Source: Bacteroidota bacterium
Lineage (GTDB): Bacteria > Bacteroidota > Bacteroidia > Bacteroidales > CAIWKO01
NCBI GenBank assembly: GCA_037133915.1
Contig: JBAXND010000006.1
Location: 31,832-95,831, forward strand
DNA length: 64,000 nucleotides
Direction of reading: 5' to 3'
A model generated the notes under the pieces. The model did no database searches and was not told the DNA's origin. It was given only the letters and a program-made list of their open reading frames with translations. Positions 38,984 through 47,747 of the stretch are shown here, one piece after another. Within the stretch, counting starts at the first letter, position 1. Each line of letters begins with the position of its first letter. Position numbers and translations under genes: made by a program.

Positions 38984-39451
38984 TTATTCTTTCGCTTTGG
39001 TCACTATAAGGCCCACTTCCATGATGTCTTCGGTAGTCGTGTAAGGCATAATATTCTGTACGGATATTTTATAAACGCCCGGCTCATTGAACCTGCTTTT
39101 TGTGAATGCCGGGAAGGTGATATCCCAAAGATCGCCGGCGCCTTCACCTTTAAATGTACCGTCTTTTTCGCGCAGGTATTCGTCAAAATCTTTGGTGCGG
39201 ATTTCTCCCGAAGGAGATACAATAGTGACATTAAAAAGCAGGTCGGCAAAAGCATAGTAGCTGCTGTGCCTGATGGCAACTTCAACATTATAATCAGGTT
39301 TGGTATCATCAATGGTGACATCAAAATTGACCGTATTTTCGCGCATCCATTTATTATCTCCGATTTTCTCGTATTTCTGAAAAACTTTGTTGCTGTTGCA
39401 GGATACAAGAACTATTGCGCACAGTGCCATGATAATTGCAGGAACTCTCAT
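38984..39451 (-). CDS. gldH: Gliding-motility lipoprotein GldH-like
   Basis: Lipobox LVSC from the ATG at 39451. About 155 aa, with a typical GldH layout (NKW..., FDV..., AIRH, GDLWDI). Confidence 0.65.
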   Translation of the reverse strand: MRVPAIIMALCAIVLVSCNSNKVFQKYEKIGDNKWMRENTVNFDVTIDDTKPDYNVEVAIRHSSYYAFADLLFNVTIVSPSGEIRTKDFDEYLREKDGTFKGEGAGDLWDITFPAFTKSRFNEPGVYKISVQNIMPYTTTEDIMEVGLIVTKAKE

Positions 39452-39526
39452 GTTAAATGATTTTATTATGAATAATGAAGTAAATTTACGGTTTAATTCC
39501 ATTCCCGCCATGACGGGCAATATATT

Positions 39527-40159
39527 ATGGCAAAAAAGAAGTTTTATGTTGTATGGAAAGGTGCTAAGGCAGGCGTTTTCGAAACCTGGGATGAATGTCT
39601 GAGGCAGGTGAGCGGATTCGATGGGGCTTTATATAAATCATTTGCCGGTAAAGAAGAGGCAGAAAAAGCGTTTGCTGAAAATCCGTGGAAACACATTGGA
39701 AGCGTAAGTGCGGAAACAAAAAAATCAGGACGGTCTGACACTCCGGTCGGGAGACCGCAAATGAACAGTATCAGTGTGGATGCGGCATGGAATACGGTGA
39801 GTAAAGACATGGAGTATCAGGGTGTGATTACCGCTACCGGAGAAATTATTTTTCATCAGGGACCTTATCGCGACGGCACAAATAATATCGGTGAATTTCT
39901 GGGTATCGTTCACGGACTGGCTTATCTTAAACAGCGCGGTTCAAGCCTTCCTATTTATACCGACAGTAAAACAGCGATAAGCTGGATAAGCCGTAAAAAG
40001 GCCAAAACGAAACTGGAGCCCACCGATCACAACAAAATTCTTTTCGAACTTCTGGAGCGGGCAGAAAAGTGGCTTCATGAAAACCACTGGGAAAATCCCA
40101 TTTTAAAATGGCATACCGACGTCTGGGGAGAAATCCCGGCCGATTTTGGACGTAAATAA
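39527..40159 (+). CDS. rnhA: Ribonuclease HI with N-terminal hybrid-binding (viroplasmin-like) domain
   Basis: KKFYVVWKGAKAGVFETWDECLRQVSGFDGALYKSF, then an RNase H core (VDAA, NNIGEF, YTDSK). Confidence 0.85.
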   Translation: MAKKKFYVVWKGAKAGVFETWDECLRQVSGFDGALYKSFAGKEEAEKAFAENPWKHIGSVSAETKKSGRSDTPVGRPQMNSISVDAAWNTVSKDMEYQGVITATGEIIFHQGPYRDGTNNIGEFLGIVHGLAYLKQRGSSLPIYTDSKTAISWISRKKAKTKLEPTDHNKILFELLERAEKWLHENHWENPILKWHTDVWGEIPADFGRK

Positions 40160-40182
40160 ATCAACACAGCAATACAACCTAA

Positions 40183-40479
40183 CTACTCATTGCATTTATC
40201 AATGCACTTGATAATTTGCAATAGTGAGGCATGTTTTAAAGTGTAAAAAGTGTTTTTTCCGGAACGCCGGGATTCAAGCACACCCTTACTTTTTAGGATA
40301 TTTAAATGATGTGAAGCCGCCGCCTGTTCAATACCCAAATGTTCGTATATCTGGGTTACATTGAGTTTTGCGTCGTTTTCCAGGAGGTTAATAATTGCAA
40401 TTCTCATGGGGTGTGAAATTGCCCTGAGTTTGCTTGCCGCCTGATCTAATTTCTGAATATCAAGTACAGTACTTGTCAT
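40183..40479 (-). CDS. ArsR/SmtB-family transcriptional regulator
   Basis: LRAISHPMRIAIINLL...NVTQIYEHLGIEQAAASHHLNILKSKGVL. Confidence 0.85.
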   Translation of the reverse strand: MTSTVLDIQKLDQAASKLRAISHPMRIAIINLLENDAKLNVTQIYEHLGIEQAAASHHLNILKSKGVLESRRSGKNTFYTLKHASLLQIIKCIDKCNE

Positions 40480-40551
40480 ATTTTATTAATTTATTCGTAA
40501 CGAATGTACGAAAAAAAAATGCAATATGCAAGTATAACTAGATGTATTACC

Positions 40552-41088
40552 TTAATATTTGATTAGTGTTTGAATATTATTCTCAGTTCCGAGTATTTCC
40601 CGACCTTTCAGGAATGTGAGCTCACAGATAAAACTGATGTATATGTTACGAACGTCGAATTTATTAATAAGCTCTACTGCTGCCGACGCGCTTCCTCCGG
40701 TTGCCAATAAATCGTCATGCAGGAGAACAACATCGTCTTTGTCAAGTGCATCCTGATGAATATGAAGTGTGTTCAATCCATATTCAAGCGAATATGATTT
40801 TGAAAACGTGGGCGCCGGAAGTTTGCCCGGCTTACGGATGGGAATAAAGCCTGCCTTTAATTTATACGCCAGAATGCTTGCCATAATAAAACCGCGTGAT
40901 TCAATGCCAACCACCTTAGTAATTCCTTTTCCTTCGTATTGTTTGAATAATTCATCGGCAACAAACGAAAAAATGTCCGGATTTTTCAGAGCAGTTGTAA
41001 TGTCCTTGAACTGTATCCCTTTTTGAGGAAAATCAGGGATGTTTCTGATTGAATTTTCGACGTCCTTTACGGTGATAATGGTTCCCAT
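40552..41088 (-). CDS. apt: Adenine phosphoribosyltransferase
   Basis: FPQKGIQFKDIT, plus the PRPP motif VVLLHDDLLATGGSA. Confidence 0.9.
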   Translation of the reverse strand: MGTIITVKDVENSIRNIPDFPQKGIQFKDITTALKNPDIFSFVADELFKQYEGKGITKVVGIESRGFIMASILAYKLKAGFIPIRKPGKLPAPTFSKSYSLEYGLNTLHIHQDALDKDDVVLLHDDLLATGGSASAAVELINKFDVRNIYISFICELTFLKGREILGTENNIQTLIKY

Positions 41089-41098
41089 CGCTGCTATT

Positions 41099-42163
41099 TT
41101 ATTTTTGAGTATTGTTTTGATTATTGTTAAGTGAGGCTAATTGACCGCAAGCTGCATTAATATCGCCACCACGGCTGTTCCTGATATTTACAATCATGTT
41201 TTTTGATTCAAGAAAGTGCTTAAAAGTACTTAATTTTTTTGTTTCCGTTTTTTTATATTTTTCAGATCCGGTATTGTTATATTCTATAAGGTTCACCTTT
41301 ACGGGAAAGCTTCGGCAGAATATCGCCAGTTCTTCGGCATCTCCGGGACCATCATTCAGGTCGCGGAACAGAATGTATTCTATGGTAATGCGGTTTCCTG
41401 TTTTTTTATGATAATAGGATATTGCTTTCGACAATTCATCGAGAGAATATGTTTTTGCCACAGGCATCATCGATGCGCGTTTCCCCTGAACGGCAGAATG
41501 AAGTGAAACGGCAAGCTGCGCCTTTACTCCATCGTCGGCAAGACGCATAATCGCCGGTGCAATTCCAACAGTGGAAATTGTAATACGCTGAGGCGACATG
41601 GATAACCCATCGTTCCCGCTAATCATTTCAACTGATTTCACCGTATTCTCATAATTCAGCAAGGGCTCGCCCATGCCCATATATACTATGTTTGAAAGAC
41701 CGTTACCATTAATGCGCATGGCCTCTTTGTGTGCGAAAAATGCTTGTCCGTATATTTCCCACGATTCCAGATTGCGGCTATATCCCATCATTCCCGTTGC
41801 GCAGAATCCACAGCGTAAGGCACAGCCCGCCTGAGTGGAGATGCATGCCGTAACCCTGTTTTCCGAAGGTATCAACACCGTTTCAATTACACGTTCGTCA
41901 TGAAGTGAAAGTGCGAATTTTTTCGTGCCGTCATGACTTTCACGAACGTCAGAAACTATTAACGGATTCAGGGTGAAGTGTTCCTGCAAAAGAAGCCGGA
42001 TGGTTTTTGGCAGACTGCTCATCTCATCAAATGACTGAACGCCCTTTTTCCACAACCACTCGTACACCTGTTTTGCCCGGTATGTATCCTGCCCATGCTG
42101 CTTGAAAAACGCAAGCAGTTCCTCCAATGGGAACGTTCTTATATCGCTGAGTCCGGACAACAA
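41099..42163 (-). CDS. rlmN: 23S rRNA (adenine2503-C2)-methyltransferase
   Basis: YRAKQVYEWLW, the radical-SAM motif CALRCGFCATG, and GMGEPL. Confidence 0.9.
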   Translation of the reverse strand: MLSGLSDIRTFPLEELLAFFKQHGQDTYRAKQVYEWLWKKGVQSFDEMSSLPKTIRLLLQEHFTLNPLIVSDVRESHDGTKKFALSLHDERVIETVLIPSENRVTACISTQAGCALRCGFCATGMMGYSRNLESWEIYGQAFFAHKEAMRINGNGLSNIVYMGMGEPLLNYENTVKSVEMISGNDGLSMSPQRITISTVGIAPAIMRLADDGVKAQLAVSLHSAVQGKRASMMPVAKTYSLDELSKAISYYHKKTGNRITIEYILFRDLNDGPGDAEELAIFCRSFPVKVNLIEYNNTGSEKYKKTETKKLSTFKHFLESKNMIVNIRNSRGGDINAACGQLASLNNNQNNTQK

Positions 42164-42178
42164 AAAGGCTGTTTGAAA

Positions 42179-43213
42179 TTAATTTTTGATGGTGAAACGG
42201 GAGGCATAATCATCGATTCTTGCCAGATATTCTGTCTTTTTAGCATCATCAATAAACGATGCCAGAATCGAATTTTTTGCCAACAGAATGAGATTGTCTT
42301 CGCTGAGGTTCAATGCCTCATATACCACCTGGAAATTCTCATTGATATAACCGCCGAAATAGGCGGGATCGTCGGAGTTAACGGTAACGTGGAGTCCGTT
42401 ATCCATGAGTTTTTTTAAGGGGTGATCTGCCATGTTTTTCACTCCGGAAAGTTTAAAGTTGGAGAGCGGGCAAACCGTGAGCGGCATTTTGCGCTCGGCA
42501 AGTTCCTTAACCAGAGCAGGATCTTCAAGGCAGCGATTGCCGTGGTCAACTCGCGATACCTTGAGCAGGTCAAGTGTGCCACGGATATAATCGGCGGGGC
42601 CTTCTTCGCCGGCATGCGCTACGGTCAGAAATCCATAACCAAGCGCTTTGTTGAACACCTTTTCGTATTTGGCAGGCGGATGACCCACTTCCGAAGAATC
42701 AAGTCCCACGGCTATAATCTTATCTAAAAAAGGATGGGCTTCTTCAAGAGTAACAAAGGCTTCGTTTTCGTCGAGATGGCGGAGGAAGCACATAATAAGA
42801 CGGAAGGTGATTCCGAATTTTTTTTCGCCATCGGCCATGGCACGATGAATCCCGTCAATAACTGTTTTGAAAGGAACACCTCGGGCTGTGTGTGTTTGAG
42901 GATCGAAAAATATTTCTGTGTGGATGATGTTCTGTTTGTGCGCTCTTTCGAGGTAAGCCATGGTGAGATCATAAAAATCCTGTTCGGTAATAAGCACACC
43001 CGCTCCCGCATAATAGATATCAAGAAATTCCTGAAGGTTATTGAATTTATAAGCTTCGCGAATATCTTCAACATTTTTGTACTTCATGGAAATATTATTA
43101 CGATTGGCCAGTTCAAACATTTGCTCAGGTTCAAAGCTGCCTTCAATATGCAGGTGCAGTTCGGCTTTTGGCAAACCGTTGATAAATTCTTTTGCGCTGA
43201 TTGATTCTTTCAT
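42179..43213 (-). CDS. add: Adenosine/adenine deaminase family protein
   Basis: LPKAELHLHIEGS, HAGE and NSDDPAYFG. The start at 43213 is preferred, but the ORF is open to 43294. Confidence 0.85.
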   Translation of the reverse strand: MKESISAKEFINGLPKAELHLHIEGSFEPEQMFELANRNNISMKYKNVEDIREAYKFNNLQEFLDIYYAGAGVLITEQDFYDLTMAYLERAHKQNIIHTEIFFDPQTHTARGVPFKTVIDGIHRAMADGEKKFGITFRLIMCFLRHLDENEAFVTLEEAHPFLDKIIAVGLDSSEVGHPPAKYEKVFNKALGYGFLTVAHAGEEGPADYIRGTLDLLKVSRVDHGNRCLEDPALVKELAERKMPLTVCPLSNFKLSGVKNMADHPLKKLMDNGLHVTVNSDDPAYFGGYINENFQVVYEALNLSEDNLILLAKNSILASFIDDAKKTEYLARIDDYASRFTIKN

Positions 43214-43318
43214 GTGTTTAAAATTTCTTTTTGCTAATTGATAAACTGTTGTTCTTTTTTGGTAATTCAGTTTTTTGCTGTTCCCTTCACACAATTTTCA
43301 AATTTATGTACAGGGGTG

Positions 43319-43326
43319 CAAATATA
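43319..43326 (-). promoter_or_regulatory. -7 box TATATTTG upstream of add
   Basis: The reverse complement of caaatata. It lies 106 nt upstream of the ATG at 43213, or 25 nt upstream of the alternative ATG at 43294. Confidence 0.3.
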
Positions 43327-43610
43327 AGCCGAACGCATGATACAACAAAATCAGGGCTCCGAATAACCTAAAATCAATTAAAATATTTGCTGCTCATTAA
43401 ACAACCGAATCGTATCAATACCCTATCTGCGATGAAATATTACCACGTTTCATCAGGCGGGCGATAAAAAAACAGCACAAGAAAGCAAGTATAAATGCGC
43501 ATTTTTATGCCATTGTTGTCATTATTAGAATATGTAAAAAAAACAATAACTTCATATTGCTCATTATCAGATTTTTAGTTTTTTGGCACAAAAAAATAAA
43601 AACAAAACAA

Positions 43611-43642
43611 TTTGTTAAATTACAAATATTGTCGTATATTTG
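43611..43642 (+). promoter_or_regulatory. Bipartite Bacteroidota promoter (TTTG, 20 nt, TATATTTG) with no annotated gene downstream
   Basis: TTTG at 43611-43614 and TAnnTTTG at 43635-43642. Confidence 0.45.
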
Positions 43643-43647
43643 TAACA

Positions 43648-43819
43648 TTAAATGAAGGAAAATTAATATCAACAGCATTAAACAGGGGTATGAAAGCAGA
43701 TAAACGGGTGGATATGACAAGCAAAAAAACCTATCCTTGACTTCAGTGACAGTATTAAAAAAACAAATACAATAAATCAATGCAGATATCCTGCCCGACA
43801 GTCCCGGCAGGATTTTTTT
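43648..43819 (+). ncRNA. Candidate small RNA or micro-ORF transcript of about 170 nt (unclassified)
   Basis: Bounded by the promoter at 43611-43642 and the intrinsic terminator at 43788-43819. The only internal ORFs are 16 aa or shorter (for example MKADKRVDMTSKKTYP at 43690-43740). Confidence 0.3.
43788..43819 (+). terminator. Intrinsic terminator, plus-strand orientation
   Basis: An 8-bp stem atcctgcc/ggcaggat with a 10-nt loop, then T6-7. Confidence 0.6.
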
Positions 43820-43876
43820 ATTGGGTGTAAAAATTTTAGTTCCCCCGGTCTGGGCTGAAAGAAACAATGATTCGCA

Positions 43877-44380
43877 TCAGCGTTTCACTATTTTTATTCT
43901 TGCAAAAGGGTTGGATTCGGATTTGCTGCTTGCGAACAATTTCAAATGGCGGATTGTATCAATACCAACATAGAAGCCATTGCCTGCTTTTAACGCGATA
44001 GTGCTGTCAGTCGTGTGTATTATCTCAAAAGTTTCAGCTTTTGAAATTTCCAATGCCTGAGCCGCAAGAATATTATCGTCATCACTCAGAACACTTACAT
44101 ATTTGTTGTTGACTCCGCGCAGGGATATTTTTCCGTTTCCAAGATCGATCATGCGAAAGAGCTCCCAGGCGAAGGCGCTGTCGCGATCGGCTATCAGCAA
44201 ACCGTTAAGCTCCGACAGGCAGCACACATATTTTCCATTGGCTGCGAGAAGGTTAACGGGAGTGCCTTTAACTTCGGCAAACGGGTCTTTTGTGCTGCCG
44301 GTATTCCGACCGCAGGAAACCAAAAACGCACAAAAAAGCAGCGTGAAAATACTGAAACAAAAAAACCTCATACCGCGCAT
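43877..44380 (-). CDS. Lipoprotein with three fascin/beta-trefoil-like repeats
   Basis: Lipobox FLVSC. Recurring NGKYV / NNKYV / GNGFYV spacing suggests a beta-trefoil. Confidence 0.5.
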   Translation of the reverse strand: MRGMRFFCFSIFTLLFCAFLVSCGRNTGSTKDPFAEVKGTPVNLLAANGKYVCCLSELNGLLIADRDSAFAWELFRMIDLGNGKISLRGVNNKYVSVLSDDDNILAAQALEISKAETFEIIHTTDSTIALKAGNGFYVGIDTIRHLKLFASSKSESNPFARIKIVKR

Positions 44381-44381
44381 G

Positions 44382-45686
44382 CTATAACATACCGTTAATA
44401 AGTGCTTTCACGGGCTCAAGCCCACTCACGGTGCCTTCTTGAATTGCTTTCAGCACGGCACCACCGCCGGTAAAAATATAATATTTCGGACTATCAAGTG
44501 CAACAATGTACAGTCCGGGCAGCAATCGTTTCAACTCTTGCATAGTGTCGCCGCCACCATAAAGTTTAACGGCGTCAATGTTTTTATCAATCAGCTCGTC
44601 AAGAGCGATGGTGCCTTCATTAAAATGGGGTGTAAATCCCATCACAGCATTCACAAAAACTGTTTTTGCTTCCTGGAAAATCTGTAATACCGAAGGTTCG
44701 TGAAAAGATGCGGCGTCAACATCCAGCACATAATTAAGCTTCGTTCCTTTCTTGATTTCACTGACCTTATGGGTTCTGAACTGTCCTTCCAGCTTACCTT
44801 CCAGGGTATCTGATTCAATGATATAGGGTAATTCAATCAGTTTGCCCGGATATTGTTTTGAAAATTCCACAAAATCACGGGCATGTTCCATATCTTCGGC
44901 TTCAATGCCTTTGATTTCGAAACCATACTTGGCACACAGATACGCATTGTAAATCACTCCGCCGAGCACCAAAAAATCAGAAACTTTAAGCAGGGCATTC
45001 AATGAGTCTATCTTGGTATCGAACTTAGAGCCGGCAACCACCGAAACAAAGGGCCGTTCGGGCCTGTATATTCTGTCGAGATTTTCAATTTCACGCTGCA
45101 TCAGAAATCCGGCGTATGACGGCAGGTATTTGTTGACCTTCACGGTTGATGCATGTGGTTGCCAAGAGCCGAAAGCATCGTTTACGAAGATATCTGCCAA
45201 ACCGGCCAACTGGTAGGCAAAGCGGTCCGACTCTTCGCCTTTCGCCTCTTCACCGGCAAACCAGCGGGTATTGGGCAAATAAATTCCATCAATAATATTT
45301 TCCTTCAGGTCGCGGATTAAATGATTAACGGAGGTTTCAATTCCCACGTATCCTTTTCCCTCGTCCGTATGAAACTCAGGAACGCCAAGTTTGATATGAA
45401 GTTTGTTCTGCAGATAATCCACAATAGGCTGTACCGACGATTCTTCGCCAATGGCAATTTCCCCAGTCTTTTTATTCTTCGGCCGGCCAACATGTGTCAT
45501 CAGAATTATTTTGCCGCCTTTGGCATTGATGTAATATAAGGTTCCTATGGTTGCATCGATACGGTATGGATCATGAATGATGCCTTTTTTTACAACGTTG
45601 TGGTCAACGCGCACCAGAACTATTTTCCCTTTGAGGTCTGCATCCTGCAGCAGGGGCAGGTTCAATCCGTTTAATATCTCAGTCAT
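44382..45686 (-). CDS. pgk: Phosphoglycerate kinase
   Basis: VLVRVDHNV, LMTHVGRP, NDAFG and the GGGDT...TGGGA ending. Confidence 0.85.
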   Translation of the reverse strand: MTEILNGLNLPLLQDADLKGKIVLVRVDHNVVKKGIIHDPYRIDATIGTLYYINAKGGKIILMTHVGRPKNKKTGEIAIGEESSVQPIVDYLQNKLHIKLGVPEFHTDEGKGYVGIETSVNHLIRDLKENIIDGIYLPNTRWFAGEEAKGEESDRFAYQLAGLADIFVNDAFGSWQPHASTVKVNKYLPSYAGFLMQREIENLDRIYRPERPFVSVVAGSKFDTKIDSLNALLKVSDFLVLGGVIYNAYLCAKYGFEIKGIEAEDMEHARDFVEFSKQYPGKLIELPYIIESDTLEGKLEGQFRTHKVSEIKKGTKLNYVLDVDAASFHEPSVLQIFQEAKTVFVNAVMGFTPHFNEGTIALDELIDKNIDAVKLYGGGDTMQELKRLLPGLYIVALDSPKYYIFTGGGAVLKAIQEGTVSGLEPVKALINGML

Positions 45687-46224
45687 AGCTGTTGAATTTT
45701 GAGATTTGATTCATGTCTTTGCGTTTTTTTTCGCGAATGGTGTCGCCGGCCGGATAGCCGAGTGTAATGATAAGTCCAATGGCACGTCCGGCAGGGATAT
45801 TGAGCAGTGTCTTTATCTTTTTTTCATTGAACCACCCAATCATGCAGGTACCCAGCCCTTCTTCAGCAGCCTGAAGACATAAGTGCTCCGCAGCAATTCC
45901 GGTATCTATAAGATAAAAGTCCTTGTTCTTCACACGGCCACCAAACTGAGAAAGCAGCGTTGGGCGCTCCATAACCTGAGCAATGATAACGGGAGCTTCT
46001 AGAACAAATTTATTGAATGGCGCAATGGTGCTGAATGTTTCACGAGCCACTTTTTCTCTCAGCCCCGGTTCGTCAACAATAATAAAATTCCACGGCTGAG
46101 CATTGCATGCCGATGGCGCCAGCCTGGCAGCCTCAAGACAGCGGTTAATTTTTTCCGCTTCAACAGGAGCTGAAGAATATTTGCGCACACTTTGGCGCTT
46201 ACGGGCAAGTTCAATAAAGTTCAT
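45679..46224 (-). CDS. Nitroreductase family protein
   Basis: RQSVRKY...APSACNAQPW. The start could be 46224 or 46242. Confidence 0.85.
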   Translation of the reverse strand: MNFIELARKRQSVRKYSSAPVEAEKINRCLEAARLAPSACNAQPWNFIIVDEPGLREKVARETFSTIAPFNKFVLEAPVIIAQVMERPTLLSQFGGRVKNKDFYLIDTGIAAEHLCLQAAEEGLGTCMIGWFNEKKIKTLLNIPAGRAIGLIITLGYPAGDTIREKKRKDMNQISKFNSYD

Positions 46225-46285
46225 AGGTTGCAGTAGCCTCAATAAACAATAAAATTATAAAATAAATTAGCATGACAATGCACAG

Positions 46286-46798
46286 CTATTTCTTTGCGGA
46301 TGCCGCTTCTATCCATTGTTTCAGCTGGTCGTATTCTTCAGCGGTAAAATGTGATTTAGGAAAAAAATTAAAGCGGTATTTATTAGGATAGATTACTATA
46401 AGATCGTCTGTAAAATAATACGATTGAAAGTGTGCCCAGCGGCTGTCGGTAGAGATATTTTTTCCGCGTACGCTCATGCCCTCAGGTGTAAATGTGTATT
46501 TAAACGGGGTGTGAAAATCGGGCATTTTGCGAAACATGCGTTTGCCCATGGTAACATACATGTAATAGTAATAAATGATAACAACAATCCCATAAACTAT
46601 GAGAAACCAGGCAAACCAGTTGGTTTCACTTGCGCGGACATAGGTGTAAATCATAAATCCAACGCCCAGCATGAAAGATAAAATACCCAGCAACATCAGT
46701 ATCCGGCTTCGGAAGGGATGCATTTTCCTATAATGTACCTGATAACTGTGCTGGAGTTCCTCCGGGGTGTACTGTATTTCTGTTGTGATCTGATCCAT
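46286..46798 (-). CDS. YcxB-like membrane protein
   Basis: Two central TM helices followed by a PH-like C-terminal region, as in the YcxB family. Confidence 0.55.
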   Translation of the reverse strand: MDQITTEIQYTPEELQHSYQVHYRKMHPFRSRILMLLGILSFMLGVGFMIYTYVRASETNWFAWFLIVYGIVVIIYYYYMYVTMGKRMFRKMPDFHTPFKYTFTPEGMSVRGKNISTDSRWAHFQSYYFTDDLIVIYPNKYRFNFFPKSHFTAEEYDQLKQWIEAASAKK

Positions 46799-46817
46799 GG
46801 GTAAAGTATTGCGTTTG

Positions 46818-46825
46818 CAAAGATA
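46818..46825 (-). promoter_or_regulatory. -7 box TATCTTTG for the YcxB-like gene
   Basis: The reverse complement of caaagata, 20 nt upstream of the ATG at 46798. Confidence 0.4.
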
Positions 46826-46871
46826 ACAAAAAGCCGTAACGGCTTCCTGTTCATGATATAAATGATTTAAT

Positions 46872-46879
46872 TATCTTTG
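46872..46879 (+). promoter_or_regulatory. -7 box TATCTTTG for the rlpA-like gene
   Basis: Matches TAnnTTTG, 40-90 nt upstream of the candidate starts. Confidence 0.4.
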
Positions 46880-46967
46880 CACACTCGCTTGAGATATTCC
46901 ATTTTAACCAATAGTATAATTTCTGAAGCTTCTTAAAAAATACCTGTTATTTGCCCTTTTTATTTTT

Positions 46968-47633
46968 TTGTCCGGCATGGTCGTTTCTCAAAACTTTGAA
47001 GAAACGGGACGCTGCTCATTTTATGCCGATAAATTTCAGGGACGCAATACCACCGGTGGCGAAAAATATAATAAATGGGCATACACCGGAGCGCACCGTA
47101 CCTTGCCATTCGGAACAAAAGTAGAAATCACAAATCTGTCTAATAACAACAAGGTTGTTGTCAGAATAAATGACCGTGGGCCTGCAACAAAAAACCGTAT
47201 CATTGATGTTTCGCGTGCAGCAGCCGAAGATTTGGGGATTATTCCTATGGGAGTTGTTAAAGTATCAATACGTGTAACTGACCAGTCGGTTCCTGCACCT
47301 AAAAAGCATGAAGAGCCGGTTAAACCTTCTGCAGGCAATAAACCCGCACAGTCAAAAGTAAAAACCGTGATATACGACCATGATATGAATGTGTGTTCTC
47401 CGACCGGTTATGGCGTGGCTGTCGGATATTTTCAAAGTCTTGAAAACTGTAAAAAGGCGCTGACCACATTTGAACAAAAATACAATGCCCCCGGCTTTAT
47501 CAATGAATTAATAAGAAAAGACAGTTCCGAGTACATCCTTATTATTGGATGTCTGGAACAAAAAAAGGGCGCTGCTGCGCTGCTTCGAAGGTTAAAAAAA
47601 GACCTTCCGGAAGCACATATTGTTTCCTTTTAA
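46968..47633 (+). CDS. rlpA: RlpA-like septal ring lytic transglycosylase (DPBB domain) with C-terminal SPOR-like domain
   Basis: GRCSFYADKFQGRNTTGGEKY...AHRTLPFGTKVEITN...VVVRINDRGP. The 5' end is uncertain (see findings). Confidence 0.8.
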   Translation: MSGMVVSQNFEETGRCSFYADKFQGRNTTGGEKYNKWAYTGAHRTLPFGTKVEITNLSNNNKVVVRINDRGPATKNRIIDVSRAAAEDLGIIPMGVVKVSIRVTDQSVPAPKKHEEPVKPSAGNKPAQSKVKTVIYDHDMNVCSPTGYGVAVGYFQSLENCKKALTTFEQKYNAPGFINELIRKDSSEYILIIGCLEQKKGAAALLRRLKKDLPEAHIVSF

Positions 47634-47747
47634 AAATTTGGTTGCGGCAGTTTTTGAATTATTCCCAGCATCAAAGACTGAAATTTTCGATATTTTTCTT
47701 GTTCTGCCAATGAAATAGTTTTATCATTGCTTTCTAATTAGGAACGC

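Noticed and set aside
43505-43867. 120-aa minus-strand ORF in the add/lipoprotein intergenic gap
   Set aside because: It is an AT-rich, low-complexity translation that runs through a plus-strand promoter and terminator hairpin, with no recognisable motifs. I treat it as spurious.
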